A stretch of 64,000 nucleotides of DNA, taken from NCBI GenBank assembly GCA_963722075.1, contig CAVRJM010000001.1:1216001-1280000 (forward strand). The letters are read 5' to 3'. The translations under genes and the position numbers were made by a program. The notes under the pieces are model-generated. The model was not told the DNA's origin and searched no databases. It worked only from the letters and a program-made list of their open reading frames with translations. The DNA comes from Candidatus Babeliales bacterium. Lineage in GTDB: Bacteria; Babelota; Babeliae; Babelales; JANWKD01. Below, piece by piece: positions 50,056 to 59,685 of the stretch (positions within the stretch are counted from its first letter, which is position 1; the number at the start of each line of letters is the position of its first letter).

Positions 50056-51489
50056 ATGAATTTATTTATATTGGCATTTTATTTTGCGGTTTCTTTTGGC
50101 GGTGTTATTAATGCAATGGAAGACGCAAGCGATGTAAATAATGACCCACATTTTTTAGCACTGAAATCAATGCCACCTTTAGTTGATGGAATAATAAAGG
50201 CTAATGAATGTCCTTTTGTAACTGAGCGATCCATACAGCCTTTAACGAGATTATGTATTCCCGCGCTGAATGCGTATGTTCGAGCTCAAATTCAGCATAA
50301 CCCTCAATTTAATGTAACGCAATTTGAAAATTTGCTTTTATTAATTGGTGAGCATAGTTCTTATTTACAACAATCTCTTGCGCAAGAAATTGATACGGTG
50401 CCGCTTGAAATACAATATGAAGAAGACAAAAACGAAAAGGAAAACTATATATATGAAATAAAACTTGCGGGTTCAAATATGATTATCAGTCAAAAGGAGA
50501 AAGCTTTATTTACAAGAGAAAATAAATTAAAAAAAATTGCGAGCAAAAAACGGTCTCATATAACATCTATTAATGATAATACATTTGTTGATGGGAGAAA
50601 ATATTTTTCTATTTCAAATAATGGCAGGGTAGCATATCTCGATAAGACTTCTTTATATTTACAACTACCGTCGGATATAAATGATTGGTTACCAATAAGC
50701 TTTTTAAATGAATTATCACTATCTGAATCTTCTTCACCGGGATCTACTAAAGGACGTAATAGCTGTGCATGTGTTACATTTAGCCCCAATCAAGATTATT
50801 GCTTTGTAGGTACTACCGGTGGGGAAATTTTTAGGATTAATTTTCCTGCAGTGCTAGAATTAACCAAGAAAATATCTAAACATAGCATTAAGGCACTTTA
50901 TTGCGCAACTAATGGCTGTGTGTATGTTTCAGATGATAATGAGAAAAACTTCGTCTGGTATAATGAGGATATATTTGAATTACCATTTAAACAGCATACT
51001 AAAGAGATAATAAGTTCTGCAGATAATAATCTTGTTGCATTTCAACATCAAAACAATGAAGAAGTTTCAATAGTTGATTGGCATGCTCGTTCTATCGTTA
51101 CTCTCAAATTAGGTAAAATAGTAGCCATTACCCCCGATCATACAATTATAGCATCACGTGGTGAAGAGTTATTATTCTATAATATTCATGGCGAACTATT
51201 AAACAAAATCCAATTGTCTGCGGGGAGCACCGTATTTGGCAATACCGTTCCTTCATTTGATCCTCAAACCCCCTTATATGTGGTTGCAACAAAAGAAGAG
51301 CAAATTATCGTAGTTGATGATTATGAAACTTATGATGATACATGGATTCCAAGCATGAGTAGAGCTCCTAATTGCAAAAAAGTTGGTTCGCATACAGAAA
51401 AAAAATTAAAAAATTGCTTATGGTTTCCAAAGCAACTTTCAACTCAAGAATTATTTGATGAACTTAGTAAATTGCGTAAAAAAGAGTGA
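50056..51489 (+). CDS. Secreted protein with BC-box-like motif and degenerate WD40/beta-propeller
   Basis: Signal plus NAME; PLTRLCIPAL; CVTFSPNQDYCFVGTTGGEI. Confidence 0.65.
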   Translation: MNLFILAFYFAVSFGGVINAMEDASDVNNDPHFLALKSMPPLVDGIIKANECPFVTERSIQPLTRLCIPALNAYVRAQIQHNPQFNVTQFENLLLLIGEHSSYLQQSLAQEIDTVPLEIQYEEDKNEKENYIYEIKLAGSNMIISQKEKALFTRENKLKKIASKKRSHITSINDNTFVDGRKYFSISNNGRVAYLDKTSLYLQLPSDINDWLPISFLNELSLSESSSPGSTKGRNSCACVTFSPNQDYCFVGTTGGEIFRINFPAVLELTKKISKHSIKALYCATNGCVYVSDDNEKNFVWYNEDIFELPFKQHTKEIISSADNNLVAFQHQNNEEVSIVDWHARSIVTLKLGKIVAITPDHTIIASRGEELLFYNIHGELLNKIQLSAGSTVFGNTVPSFDPQTPLYVVATKEEQIIVVDDYETYDDTWIPSMSRAPNCKKVGSHTEKKLKNCLWFPKQLSTQELFDELSKLRKKE

Positions 51490-51535
51490 TTTTAAGTTTA
51501 TACTATTATTAAAGGCTTATTGAAAGGAATTTGAT

Positions 51536-51940
51536 ATGAAATCATTTATAGCATTATTTTATTTTTCTGTATTATTTTTTTCTGGAGTGATAAATGCAAT
51601 GGAAGCTAGTGAAGCGAAAAAAGTTGCTGAAGCAGCAGAAATAAAGGTAACAAAGGAGGCGTCTCTTATTGCCATAGTTGCAGCACAAGAAAAACAAAAA
51701 CATGATGCTTGTTATGATAAATGCCCCGGTATGAAGAAAATAGATACCAGTAAAAAAAAGAATAACGATGATGATTTTGATTATACTAAGTGGTGTCCTG
51801 GTATGAGACCACCTACAAGAAATGCAACTGAATCAGCTAACAATAAATCAAACGATAATGATTTTGGTGAACGATGGTGGCCTTCATATGAATCTACTCA
51901 TACAAAAAATGATAGTAAGCATTATGATTGGGTTCCGTAA
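51536..51940 (+). CDS. Small secreted protein with repeated (Y/W)xxCPGM-like motifs
   Basis: Signal plus NAME; YDKCPGM, YTKWCPGM, RWWPS, YDWVP. Confidence 0.7.
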   Translation: MKSFIALFYFSVLFFSGVINAMEASEAKKVAEAAEIKVTKEASLIAIVAAQEKQKHDACYDKCPGMKKIDTSKKKNNDDDFDYTKWCPGMRPPTRNATESANNKSNDNDFGERWWPSYESTHTKNDSKHYDWVP

Positions 51941-51967
51941 AAGATCTATAAATTAATGGAGGTTATT

Positions 51968-52171
51968 TTACACATTTGCTTTGCAATTCTTGCAATCCCT
52001 GCAGCCTCTACAATCTTTGCAATTACTATTAATAGCCAAATTTTTTGAATTAATATTTTTGCGTATTTCTGAAATTTTTTTATCAGAGCGTGCTAATCGT
52101 TCGGTTACCGTAGCATTTATACGAATGGTAACAATTATAGACAATAAAAATATTACTATTTTATCTTTCAT
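51968..52171 (-). CDS. Secreted Cys-rich peptide B (putative RiPP/metal-binding precursor), 67 aa
   Basis: Signal, then TERLARSDKKISEIRKNINSKNLA, then NCKDCRGCRDCKNCKANV. Confidence 0.8.
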   Translation of the reverse strand: MKDKIVIFLLSIIVTIRINATVTERLARSDKKISEIRKNINSKNLAINSNCKDCRGCRDCKNCKANV

Positions 52172-52211
52172 TTTTTTCTTCTTCGCAAAGTAGTTTTGTT
52201 TGTTATTCATT

Positions 52212-52706
52212 TTAACACATATCTAAAAGCCAAATAGAATTAATTTCTTCTTGAAAAGTTTCCTCATAGTTTTTGATAAATGCTTGAAAATCATTACGAA
52301 TTTCTTCTAGTTTTTCCGGTGTTGTATTCTTATTTGTTTCAGGAATATGATGTATAAAATGGTTGCAAAATTTGCTACAAAAATCTGCATAATCCTTGGT
52401 AAATAAAATGAAAGAGTGCCATAAATTATCAACATCTTTACTATACATGCCAACACCTGATCCATTGTTAGTAATAAGTGCTGAAAGTATTAGATATTTT
52501 TTTAATTCCTTTTCAAGAATAATCATATCTTCATTTGTATAATTATGATCTTTCTGACATCTTTTAATGATATCATCCATGGGGTAATCTAATATACCTT
52601 TGATAATCTGCTTTTTATTAACTTCTTTCGTTGAATAGCTATATAAACAAACAACAGTTACTAATCCTATCGTAGCAAACAATAATATTTTATTGATTAT
52701 TTTCAT
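52212..52706 (-). CDS. GRDP/DUF1399-like (TIGR04222 N-terminal-like) His-rich domain protein with N-terminal signal/anchor
   Basis: ELKKYLIL...SKDVDNLWHSFILFTKDYADFC...FIHHIP signature. Confidence 0.8.
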   Translation of the reverse strand: MKIINKILLFATIGLVTVVCLYSYSTKEVNKKQIIKGILDYPMDDIIKRCQKDHNYTNEDMIILEKELKKYLILSALITNNGSGVGMYSKDVDNLWHSFILFTKDYADFCSKFCNHFIHHIPETNKNTTPEKLEEIRNDFQAFIKNYEETFQEEINSIWLLDMC

Positions 52707-52762
52707 GATTAAATTCTTATGCAAATGATGGTACAGTATGGTTTTGATTATGAATTATTAGA

Positions 52763-52814
52763 ATATAAAGATGATTGAGTTATTAGCAATTAAATAACTC
52801 AATTATCTTTATAT
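52763..52814 (-). terminator. 22-bp stem-loop between peptide A and the GRDP-like gene
   Basis: ATATAAAGATGATTGAGTTATT / AATAACTCAATTATCTTTATAT (1 mismatch). Confidence 0.6.
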
Positions 52815-52821
52815 AAACATG

Positions 52822-53019
52822 TTATATAGATTTTTTACAGCCAGAGCAGCTTTTACAACTTTGTCTACAATCAGAAGCTGCTGCTAAATTTTTTGAATTA
52901 ATATTTTTGCGTATTTCTGAAATTTTTTTATCAGAATGTGCTAATCGTTCAGTTACTGAAGCGCGAATTTGCGCAGTGAAGATTAAAGTAATTGCTGTTA
53001 ATAGTAATGTATTGTTCAT
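52822..53019 (-). CDS. Secreted Cys-rich peptide A (putative RiPP/metal-binding precursor), 65 aa
   Basis: AAAGGA RBS; signal, then TERLAHSDKKISEIRKNINSKNLA, then DCRQSCKSCSGCKKSI. Confidence 0.82.
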   Translation of the reverse strand: MNNTLLLTAITLIFTAQIRASVTERLAHSDKKISEIRKNINSKNLAAASDCRQSCKSCSGCKKSI

Positions 53020-53279
53020 TAACGTCCTTTGTGTTTATGTTTATTTAACCATACGTTTAATAACATTTTTTATTTGAGTGTGCAAGCAAAGATGAGGTTT
53101 TTATTGTACAATAAACAAAAAATTATAAGGAGTGGTAAGCTATTTGGTGGAAGTTGTTTTACTATTATTTTTTTTGGTATTTTTACAATTTTAACAATTG
53201 CCGTCTGTTACCATTAAATTTTTTGAAACTGATTTTGCTAGTAGCATTTCAGTTGTTGAAATGAAGGGTTTAACAATTT

Positions 53280-53594
53280 TTATTCGTGCCAGCTACATAA
53301 TTCATATATAAGCTTCTCATGCTCCTCGCTCTTTTGTATCTGAAGGCTTAGTGCATTGAGTTTGTTATTATATTCATTCTGTGCCTGATGCATATCCATC
53401 CCATGTTTTATATTTTCTGCTATTAATGCTTGTTCATTATCCAAAAAATATTGATGGTATTTTTTTAAGTCTGCACTTGCTGTTTGATTAGTTGTTTGGT
53501 TATTATCTACCCAATTAAACAAGCTTTCTTCCATTGAAAAAATAAAGTTACTATACGTTAGTACGGATAAATAAAAAATTCTTACTGTTTTCAT
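53280..53594 (-). CDS. Small secreted helical hypothetical protein
   Basis: Signal plus FSME. Confidence 0.6.
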   Translation of the reverse strand: MKTVRIFYLSVLTYSNFIFSMEESLFNWVDNNQTTNQTASADLKKYHQYFLDNEQALIAENIKHGMDMHQAQNEYNNKLNALSLQIQKSEEHEKLIYELCSWHE

Positions 53595-53641
53595 ATTAAT
53601 AAATCGACTAATTTTGAGTAAAAAACTGGTGATTAAAACTT

Positions 53642-53797
53642 TTATTTTTTTGTAGTTCTACAATCTTTGCAGTTATTCTTACCATGTTTACAGTGACCTG
53701 CTAGAACATTTTTTGTTGGATCGGTTTGTTTTTGGGTAGTTAGGGAATGGGCTGATATCATGATGCATACTAGCGCTAGGAATAATGTCTTTTTCAT
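53642..53797 (-). CDS. Secreted Cys-containing peptide C, 51 aa (not in ORF track)
   Basis: MKKTLFLALVCIMISAHSLTTQKQTDPTKNVLAGHCKHGKNNCKDCRTTKK*; shares NCKDCR with peptide B. Confidence 0.7.
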   Translation of the reverse strand: MKKTLFLALVCIMISAHSLTTQKQTDPTKNVLAGHCKHGKNNCKDCRTTKK

Positions 53798-53869
53798 TTT
53801 TTGATTTCTTTCTGCTCGTTGAAGTTTATTTTAGTATTAATATTTTTTACTAAAATATGCCATAGGTAA

Positions 53870-56316
53870 CTACTTGATTGCAATTTTTGCTTTATATACT
53901 TCCTGATCTTTAACTAATAGTGATTCAGAAAGATCTGAAATCTGATAATGTATCATTTCTGCTTGCGTTACCCCTTTAATAAGTTGTTCTAAGGGAGCTA
54001 AAGCATCCAATTTTTTTTGTTCAGCGCTGTAAATTTCGAGTGCTTTTAAAGGTGTTTTTAATGATAGTTGCTGTGCAGTTTTTAATGTACGAACTTCACT
54101 AATTACTTGTAACGCAATGGTCATTGTTAGTGCGCTTGCTTCAAAGGTATATGCTCGTTGATCAAATTCAGTATTATGAATAGATGGATTTTTTATGGTT
54201 GATTTATATAGTTCTTGATAAATCGCTTCGGTAATATATGGTATGTACGGTGCAAATGGTTGCAATATATTCAATCCTACCGTATAAAGCGTCCATCGGG
54301 TACCAGCAATTTCTTGTGGTGAATACAATTCTGGTTTGAATAACTGTTCCTTAATTATTTCAATATAATTATCACAAAAATCGTTCCAAAAAAACTGCTC
54401 AATAGCATCAAGCGCTAAGCTAAATTCATACTCATCAAAATAATGTCTGTAATTTTTAAAACAAAGCGTCTTTTGATGTAACAGCCATTCATTAGCTGCA
54501 CCTAAATATGCCGGTTGCTCAGTAGGAATATCGCGCATATGTTCATGAATAAAACGAAATGCATTCCATAATTTTGTAATAAGGCGTTGACCAATTTTGA
54601 GTTGATTTTCTGAAAATGCAACATCGCTGCCCAATCGTCCAGATGCTGTCCAATAACGGATAACATCTGCTGGATATTGTTCTAGCAATTGTTCAGGAGC
54701 TAAGCGAGCATTTTCTTTTGATTTTGATAACTTTTCTTTTGCGTCACTTAATACGTGACCAGAAATAACAATCGTACGCCAAGGAATTTGTTCATAATGC
54801 ATCCAAGATTTTACGACGGTGTAAAATGCCCAGGTGCGAATAATATCATGCGCTTGGGGCCGCATACTCATGGGTATAAATTCTTTAGCCGCGTCTCCAA
54901 ACGGGCTTTCTTGCGGATTATATAATGAAAAACAAAGTTGTGGTGTTAATGAAGAAGTGTTCCAGGTGTCCATTACATCAGTATCTGGTTCAATAATACT
55001 GCTTTGGCAGGTAGGGCAATTTGCAGTATATGCTGTTTCTTGCGGATCAATAGGCAGCTGTTTTTCATCTGCTAAAATGACATGCCCATTATTACAATGC
55101 CAAGCTGGAAATGGGATACCATAAAAGCGTTGACGCGATAAGCACCAATCCCAACTTAATGATTCAACCCAATTAACATAACGTGACCTCATAAAATGTG
55201 GGAACCATTCTATTTGATCAGCAAGCTCAATAAAATTCTTTTTATAAGGAAGAAGCTCTAAAAACCATTGTGTTAATGCTAAATATTCAATCTCTTTTTT
55301 GCAGCGTTCGTGTACATTTACGGTATGCATAATTGGTTTTTGATTGAGCAATTTACCGTGCTCTTTAAGCTCAGCTAATACCTTTTCTCGTGCTTGGTGT
55401 ACTTTTAACCCAGCTAAAATACCGGTATCTTCATTCCACCGGCCATCTTTACCAATTGATGGTTTATACGGTAAGTTATACTTTTTAATCCACTGAATAT
55501 CTGTTTTATCGCCAAAGGTACAACACATTACCAACCCAGTTCCTTTTTCAATAGACACTGCATCATCGGCTAAAATAGGAACCGTATAATTATAGAGCGG
55601 GACAATTGCTTTTTGCCCAGCCAGGTGCTGGTAACGGGGATCATGAGGATTATAAAAAAGCGCTACACAGGAAGGTAGCAATTCAGGTCGGGTAGTTCCC
55701 ACAATAAGCGGACTACCATCAGCAGCGCTGAATGCAATATCATTAAAAAAAGATGATTTCTCTACATCGTCCAATTCTGCTTGCGCGACTGTGGTGCGGC
55801 AGGTGGTACAATATAGAGCTGGTTCATGTTTACGATAAATAAAGCCTTTTTTATATAAGGCGATAAATGATTCTTGTGAGATTCTTCGCGATCTAGTATC
55901 AATGGTGGAATAGCTTAACTGCCAATCAACAGAAAGTCCCATCCGTTGCCACAAGCTTTTAAATTGTTCTTCAACTTCATGCGTTTCGAGTAAGCACAGT
56001 TGAATAAACTCTGAGCGCTTCATAGCATGGGCGCTTATTTCTTTTTTTTCTCTACAAATCGTTCAGTCGGTAGACCGTTATCATCAAAACCAAAGGGATA
56101 AAAAACAGAAAAACCGGTCATTCGTTTATAACGAGCTATAATATCGGTTTGTGTATAAGAAAAAATATGCCCTATATGTAAAGATCCTGACACCGTTGGT
56201 GGTGGGGTATCAATGCTGTAGGGAGGCTTATCAGCGGATGCTTTGTAAATATGCTCCTTATCCCAAAGCTCATTTATTTTTATTTCATATTTTTTATTAT
56301 CGTACTGTTTTTCCAT
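53870..56316 (-). CDS. valS: Valine--tRNA ligase, split by a 1-nt frameshift in an A8 tract (56042-56049)
   Basis: IDTPPPTVSGSLHIGH, DWCLSRQR, QAHDIIRTW and KLSKS motifs; one extra A joins the two ORFs (EKKKEISAHAMKR). Confidence 0.95.
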
Positions 56317-56322
56317 AAAATA

Positions 56323-56460
56323 TCATTTTTTTATTGGAGAAGTTTTGTGCCGTTGTTCTTCTTGCATCTGTTTTACCAGCGGATTGTGTAAATCAGCATT
56401 GCATATGAAAGTAGTTAAGAAAATAGAAATGTTTAATAAAAGAATCTGTTTTGTAATCAT
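56323..56460 (-). CDS. Possible 45-aa secreted peptide upstream of valS
   Basis: MITKQILLLNISIFLTTFICNADLHNPLVKQMQEEQRHKTSPIKK*; AAGG upstream. Confidence 0.45.
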   Translation of the reverse strand: MITKQILLLNISIFLTTFICNADLHNPLVKQMQEEQRHKTSPIKK

Positions 56461-56533
56461 GAATGTTGCCTTATCTTTTTAAAAATACCTTGTATGTATT
56501 TTATCGCGTGCAGGCTATAAAGTAAAGTTGGCC

Positions 56534-58789
56534 TTAGGTGCGACCGGAACGAGCCATTGCTAATTCATTGCGGGCAACTACTTTAAATTGCTCTGGTGTT
56601 GCATTGTCCTTTATAATATTTTCTAAAAGACGTTCCATTTGGGGAATCTGGTTAAGAAGCTTATGGCAATATGCTATCCTCAACGGTAAATTAGGAATTG
56701 CGTGATTAAGCTCCTTAGCCTTATTAAAGGAATATAATGCCTTTTGCGGGTTATTTACTTTTAAGTAGACTTCGCCCAAATTATACCAAGCATTTTTTTC
56801 TGCGGGAAAATTCTTTAAAAGTTTTTCATATATTTGTATAGAGCCGGTAAAGTTTTCATTTAGAAAATGCGCATGTGCTAAATTAAATATATTGTCTTTG
56901 GTTGGCTGTAATTCTACCAATTTACTATAGGCAAAGGCAGCCTCGCTGTATTTTTTTAAGCGCATGGACATATGCCCATATAATTGAAACCCTGATTCAT
57001 TATCTAAATCAGCTTGAGTACAAGCGGCTTTAAAACATTCAAAGGCTTTTTCTGCATTATCTTTATACAGATATACTTTGCCTAGATTAAAAAATGCTTT
57101 CCCATAATAAGGGCGTAATTTAATTGCATATTCTAATGCTTTTTCTGCTTGGTCATATTCTTTTTTAGTTATTAAGAATGAAGCAAGGTTGTTATAGGCT
57201 TCAGGGTACATAGGTTGAATCATAATGCTTTGGCGTAATGCAGCGATTGCCTTATCAAGATCGCCTAAAAAAGAATAAGCTACCGCAATATTATTAAGAG
57301 GATCTGGATATGAATTATCCATAGCAATTGCTTTATGATAATAAGGAAGCGCTTCTTTATATTGTCCTTTTTCAGATAATGCTACGGCATAATTATTATA
57401 TGCGCGTGCTTTTCCGGGAGCATTTCTGATAATATTGCCCCAAAAATCCTCTCCTGAGCGCCAGACTTTATTTCGTTCATTGGTGGACCACCCTAATGAC
57501 AGGGCTATAAGAAATAAAAAAAGATAATGAAAGTGTTGTTTATATTGTAGAAATTGTTCATATTTTATTTTTTCAATCAGATAAATAAGCCCTTTTATGA
57601 TAAAAATTGCAAGGAAAAAAGCCATACCAATTGAACCAACATACGTTTTATAATCAGTGAGTAGTTCTGAAGAAGGAATAAATGAAGAACGTGGCGCAAT
57701 GCTGATTAAAAACCATAATAATCCCATAACATATAAGTTAACGGGATCATATCGTAACTGTTTGAAAATTATATAAGCAAGAGCACATAAAAGTAAAAAG
57801 GGAAAAAAGCAATCTAAGGAAAAGAAGCTATGAACTAATTTCCAATCATATTCTACACAAATATCAAAAGGCCAAATAAAAATATAAAGATAATGCAGTA
57901 TTACTTTAAATTGTGAAATGAAAAAATGGAGCGGTAGAATTTTATCCGTTGCTTTTTCAGTCAAAATATTACCAATGTTATTACGAGCTTCCATTTTAAA
58001 ACCAAAAAGATTTACAAAAAATGATGGTTTTAAATAATAGATATATAATCCTATGATTAAAGAAGAGAACATAAGATGTATTAACAGTCGTTGTTTAAGC
58101 GATTCTATTGATCCTTGGGCGATAAAAAACCAATCAAAGAGAATAAGTAGTATCGGTGATATGATAGCTATTTCTTTGGTGCCGCATGAAAAAGCGCCAA
58201 AAATGAATACTAAAGTTCCTAATAGATATTTTATTCCTGTTGAGGATGTTTTTGAATATCCTAAAAAGCATAAAACAATGAGCGCTATAAAAAAAGCAGC
58301 AAAACCTTCTAGCTGCCCTTGAATAACATAAGATACCGTTTGTGTTTGTACCGGATGGAGTAAAAAGATTGTTGCTGAAATAAATGCTAAAGAGAATGCA
58401 TTATGGGTAAAAAATGATTTTTTCTTCAATCCGGTAAGCGCATAGTAAAATATAAAGAAAATAGTAATGCTGGTTAAAGAATGTATCGCTACATTTAATA
58501 ATCTATAACTAAAGGGATCAAATTTTCCAATGGAATAATGAACAGTATTTACCCAATAACTGATCCAACGAGAATGCCCAAAAAAAAGATCTTTAAGTGA
58601 AGCATGCCGTATACTAAAAAGTTTGGTAATGTTAGCTAAATCATCAAATTGAAAATTATAATGGAGTGATGATTTATAAAAAATAAATGAAAGAAACGAT
58701 AAAATGATGGGAGAAATGATTAAATATATAAAAGAAGTGGGATGTGCTTCTTCTATAATTACGGCCTTTTGTGCCTTAATTTTTTTCAT
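56534..58789 (-). CDS. TMTC-like membrane glycosyltransferase (GT-C) with C-terminal TPR repeats
   Basis: FQFDD loop, LLNVAIH, LHPVQTQTVSY, CGTKE, RNKVW and multiple TPRs. Confidence 0.85.
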   Translation of the reverse strand: MKKIKAQKAVIIEEAHPTSFIYLIISPIILSFLSFIFYKSSLHYNFQFDDLANITKLFSIRHASLKDLFFGHSRWISYWVNTVHYSIGKFDPFSYRLLNVAIHSLTSITIFFIFYYALTGLKKKSFFTHNAFSLAFISATIFLLHPVQTQTVSYVIQGQLEGFAAFFIALIVLCFLGYSKTSSTGIKYLLGTLVFIFGAFSCGTKEIAIISPILLILFDWFFIAQGSIESLKQRLLIHLMFSSLIIGLYIYYLKPSFFVNLFGFKMEARNNIGNILTEKATDKILPLHFFISQFKVILHYLYIFIWPFDICVEYDWKLVHSFFSLDCFFPFLLLCALAYIIFKQLRYDPVNLYVMGLLWFLISIAPRSSFIPSSELLTDYKTYVGSIGMAFFLAIFIIKGLIYLIEKIKYEQFLQYKQHFHYLFLFLIALSLGWSTNERNKVWRSGEDFWGNIIRNAPGKARAYNNYAVALSEKGQYKEALPYYHKAIAMDNSYPDPLNNIAVAYSFLGDLDKAIAALRQSIMIQPMYPEAYNNLASFLITKKEYDQAEKALEYAIKLRPYYGKAFFNLGKVYLYKDNAEKAFECFKAACTQADLDNESGFQLYGHMSMRLKKYSEAAFAYSKLVELQPTKDNIFNLAHAHFLNENFTGSIQIYEKLLKNFPAEKNAWYNLGEVYLKVNNPQKALYSFNKAKELNHAIPNLPLRIAYCHKLLNQIPQMERLLENIIKDNATPEQFKVVARNELAMARSGRT

Positions 58790-58983
58790 ACAATCCTCTT
58801 TTTTTTGTAAATTTTTAATAATCTATATGATCTATAAAAAACCTAACCCTTTTTTTGAGTTCAAGCACATTCTACTTAATCAGTAGATTTTGTTCAAGGT
58901 GGTGTTGCTCTTAAGGTTTGACCCATCGGTAACTATCTTTTAAACTAAAGAAAAAAGTATTTAATAAAGGTATAATCGATAAT

Positions 58984-59685
58984 ATGATAAATTTACGCGA
59001 TATAGAGTCGATAATTTATACAATAGTATTTATAATTGCATATCTTATTGCTGAAACAATAAGTGGCTGGTTTCGCGCATATACAGCGCAAAAAATGGGA
59101 GATGATACTCCAGCGCAATTAGGGTTTTTGAGTCTTAACCCATTGGTACATGTTGATCCGGTTGGTATGCTTTTTTTAATTTTATATGGGTTTGGATGGG
59201 GACGTGCCAGTCCACTTAATCCGTATAATATTGAGGATCCTCACCGAATTTTAAAGCTTATATGTGCTTATTTTTCTGACACCTTTGCACATTTAATGAT
59301 TGCAATAGTATCTTTAGTGTGCTTGTTATGGGGGTTTGGCATTACCATGATCGAATTAACGCAACCAATTATTTTATATCGTCGCGCCTCACTTCCCTTA
59401 TTAACAACGTATTATCCACATAGCTCATCCTTAATATTAAGTATTGCTATGGTTCTGGTGGCTCTTATTTATTTGAGCGTTATTTTAGCGGTCCTTAATT
59501 TTATTATTAATGGATTTAGGCTTATTATGGTTTTATTTTTCCATGAATCTATCGGATTATGGTATATAGATTTAATAGTGCCAATTTTACTTATCTTATT
59601 TTTTGCTAATCCATTACGCGAAGTAGTGGTCCATGGCATAATGAACGTGGCATATTTTTTAGTTTATAGTATTGGAGTTTTTTAA
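58984..59685 (+). CDS. Site-2 protease (M50)-like membrane protein lacking the HExxH motif
   Basis: MGDDTPAQLGFLSLNPLVHVDPVG...GFGWG conserved; HExxH position reads ISGWFR. Confidence 0.75.
   Translation: MINLRDIESIIYTIVFIIAYLIAETISGWFRAYTAQKMGDDTPAQLGFLSLNPLVHVDPVGMLFLILYGFGWGRASPLNPYNIEDPHRILKLICAYFSDTFAHLMIAIVSLVCLLWGFGITMIELTQPIILYRRASLPLLTTYYPHSSSLILSIAMVLVALIYLSVILAVLNFIINGFRLIMVLFFHESIGLWYIDLIVPILLILFFANPLREVVVHGIMNVAYFLVYSIGVF

Noticed and set aside
53029..53217. Plus-strand 62-aa ORF next to the Cys-peptide cassette
   Set aside because: Non-ATG start, no RBS, and it overlaps the probable promoter region of peptide A
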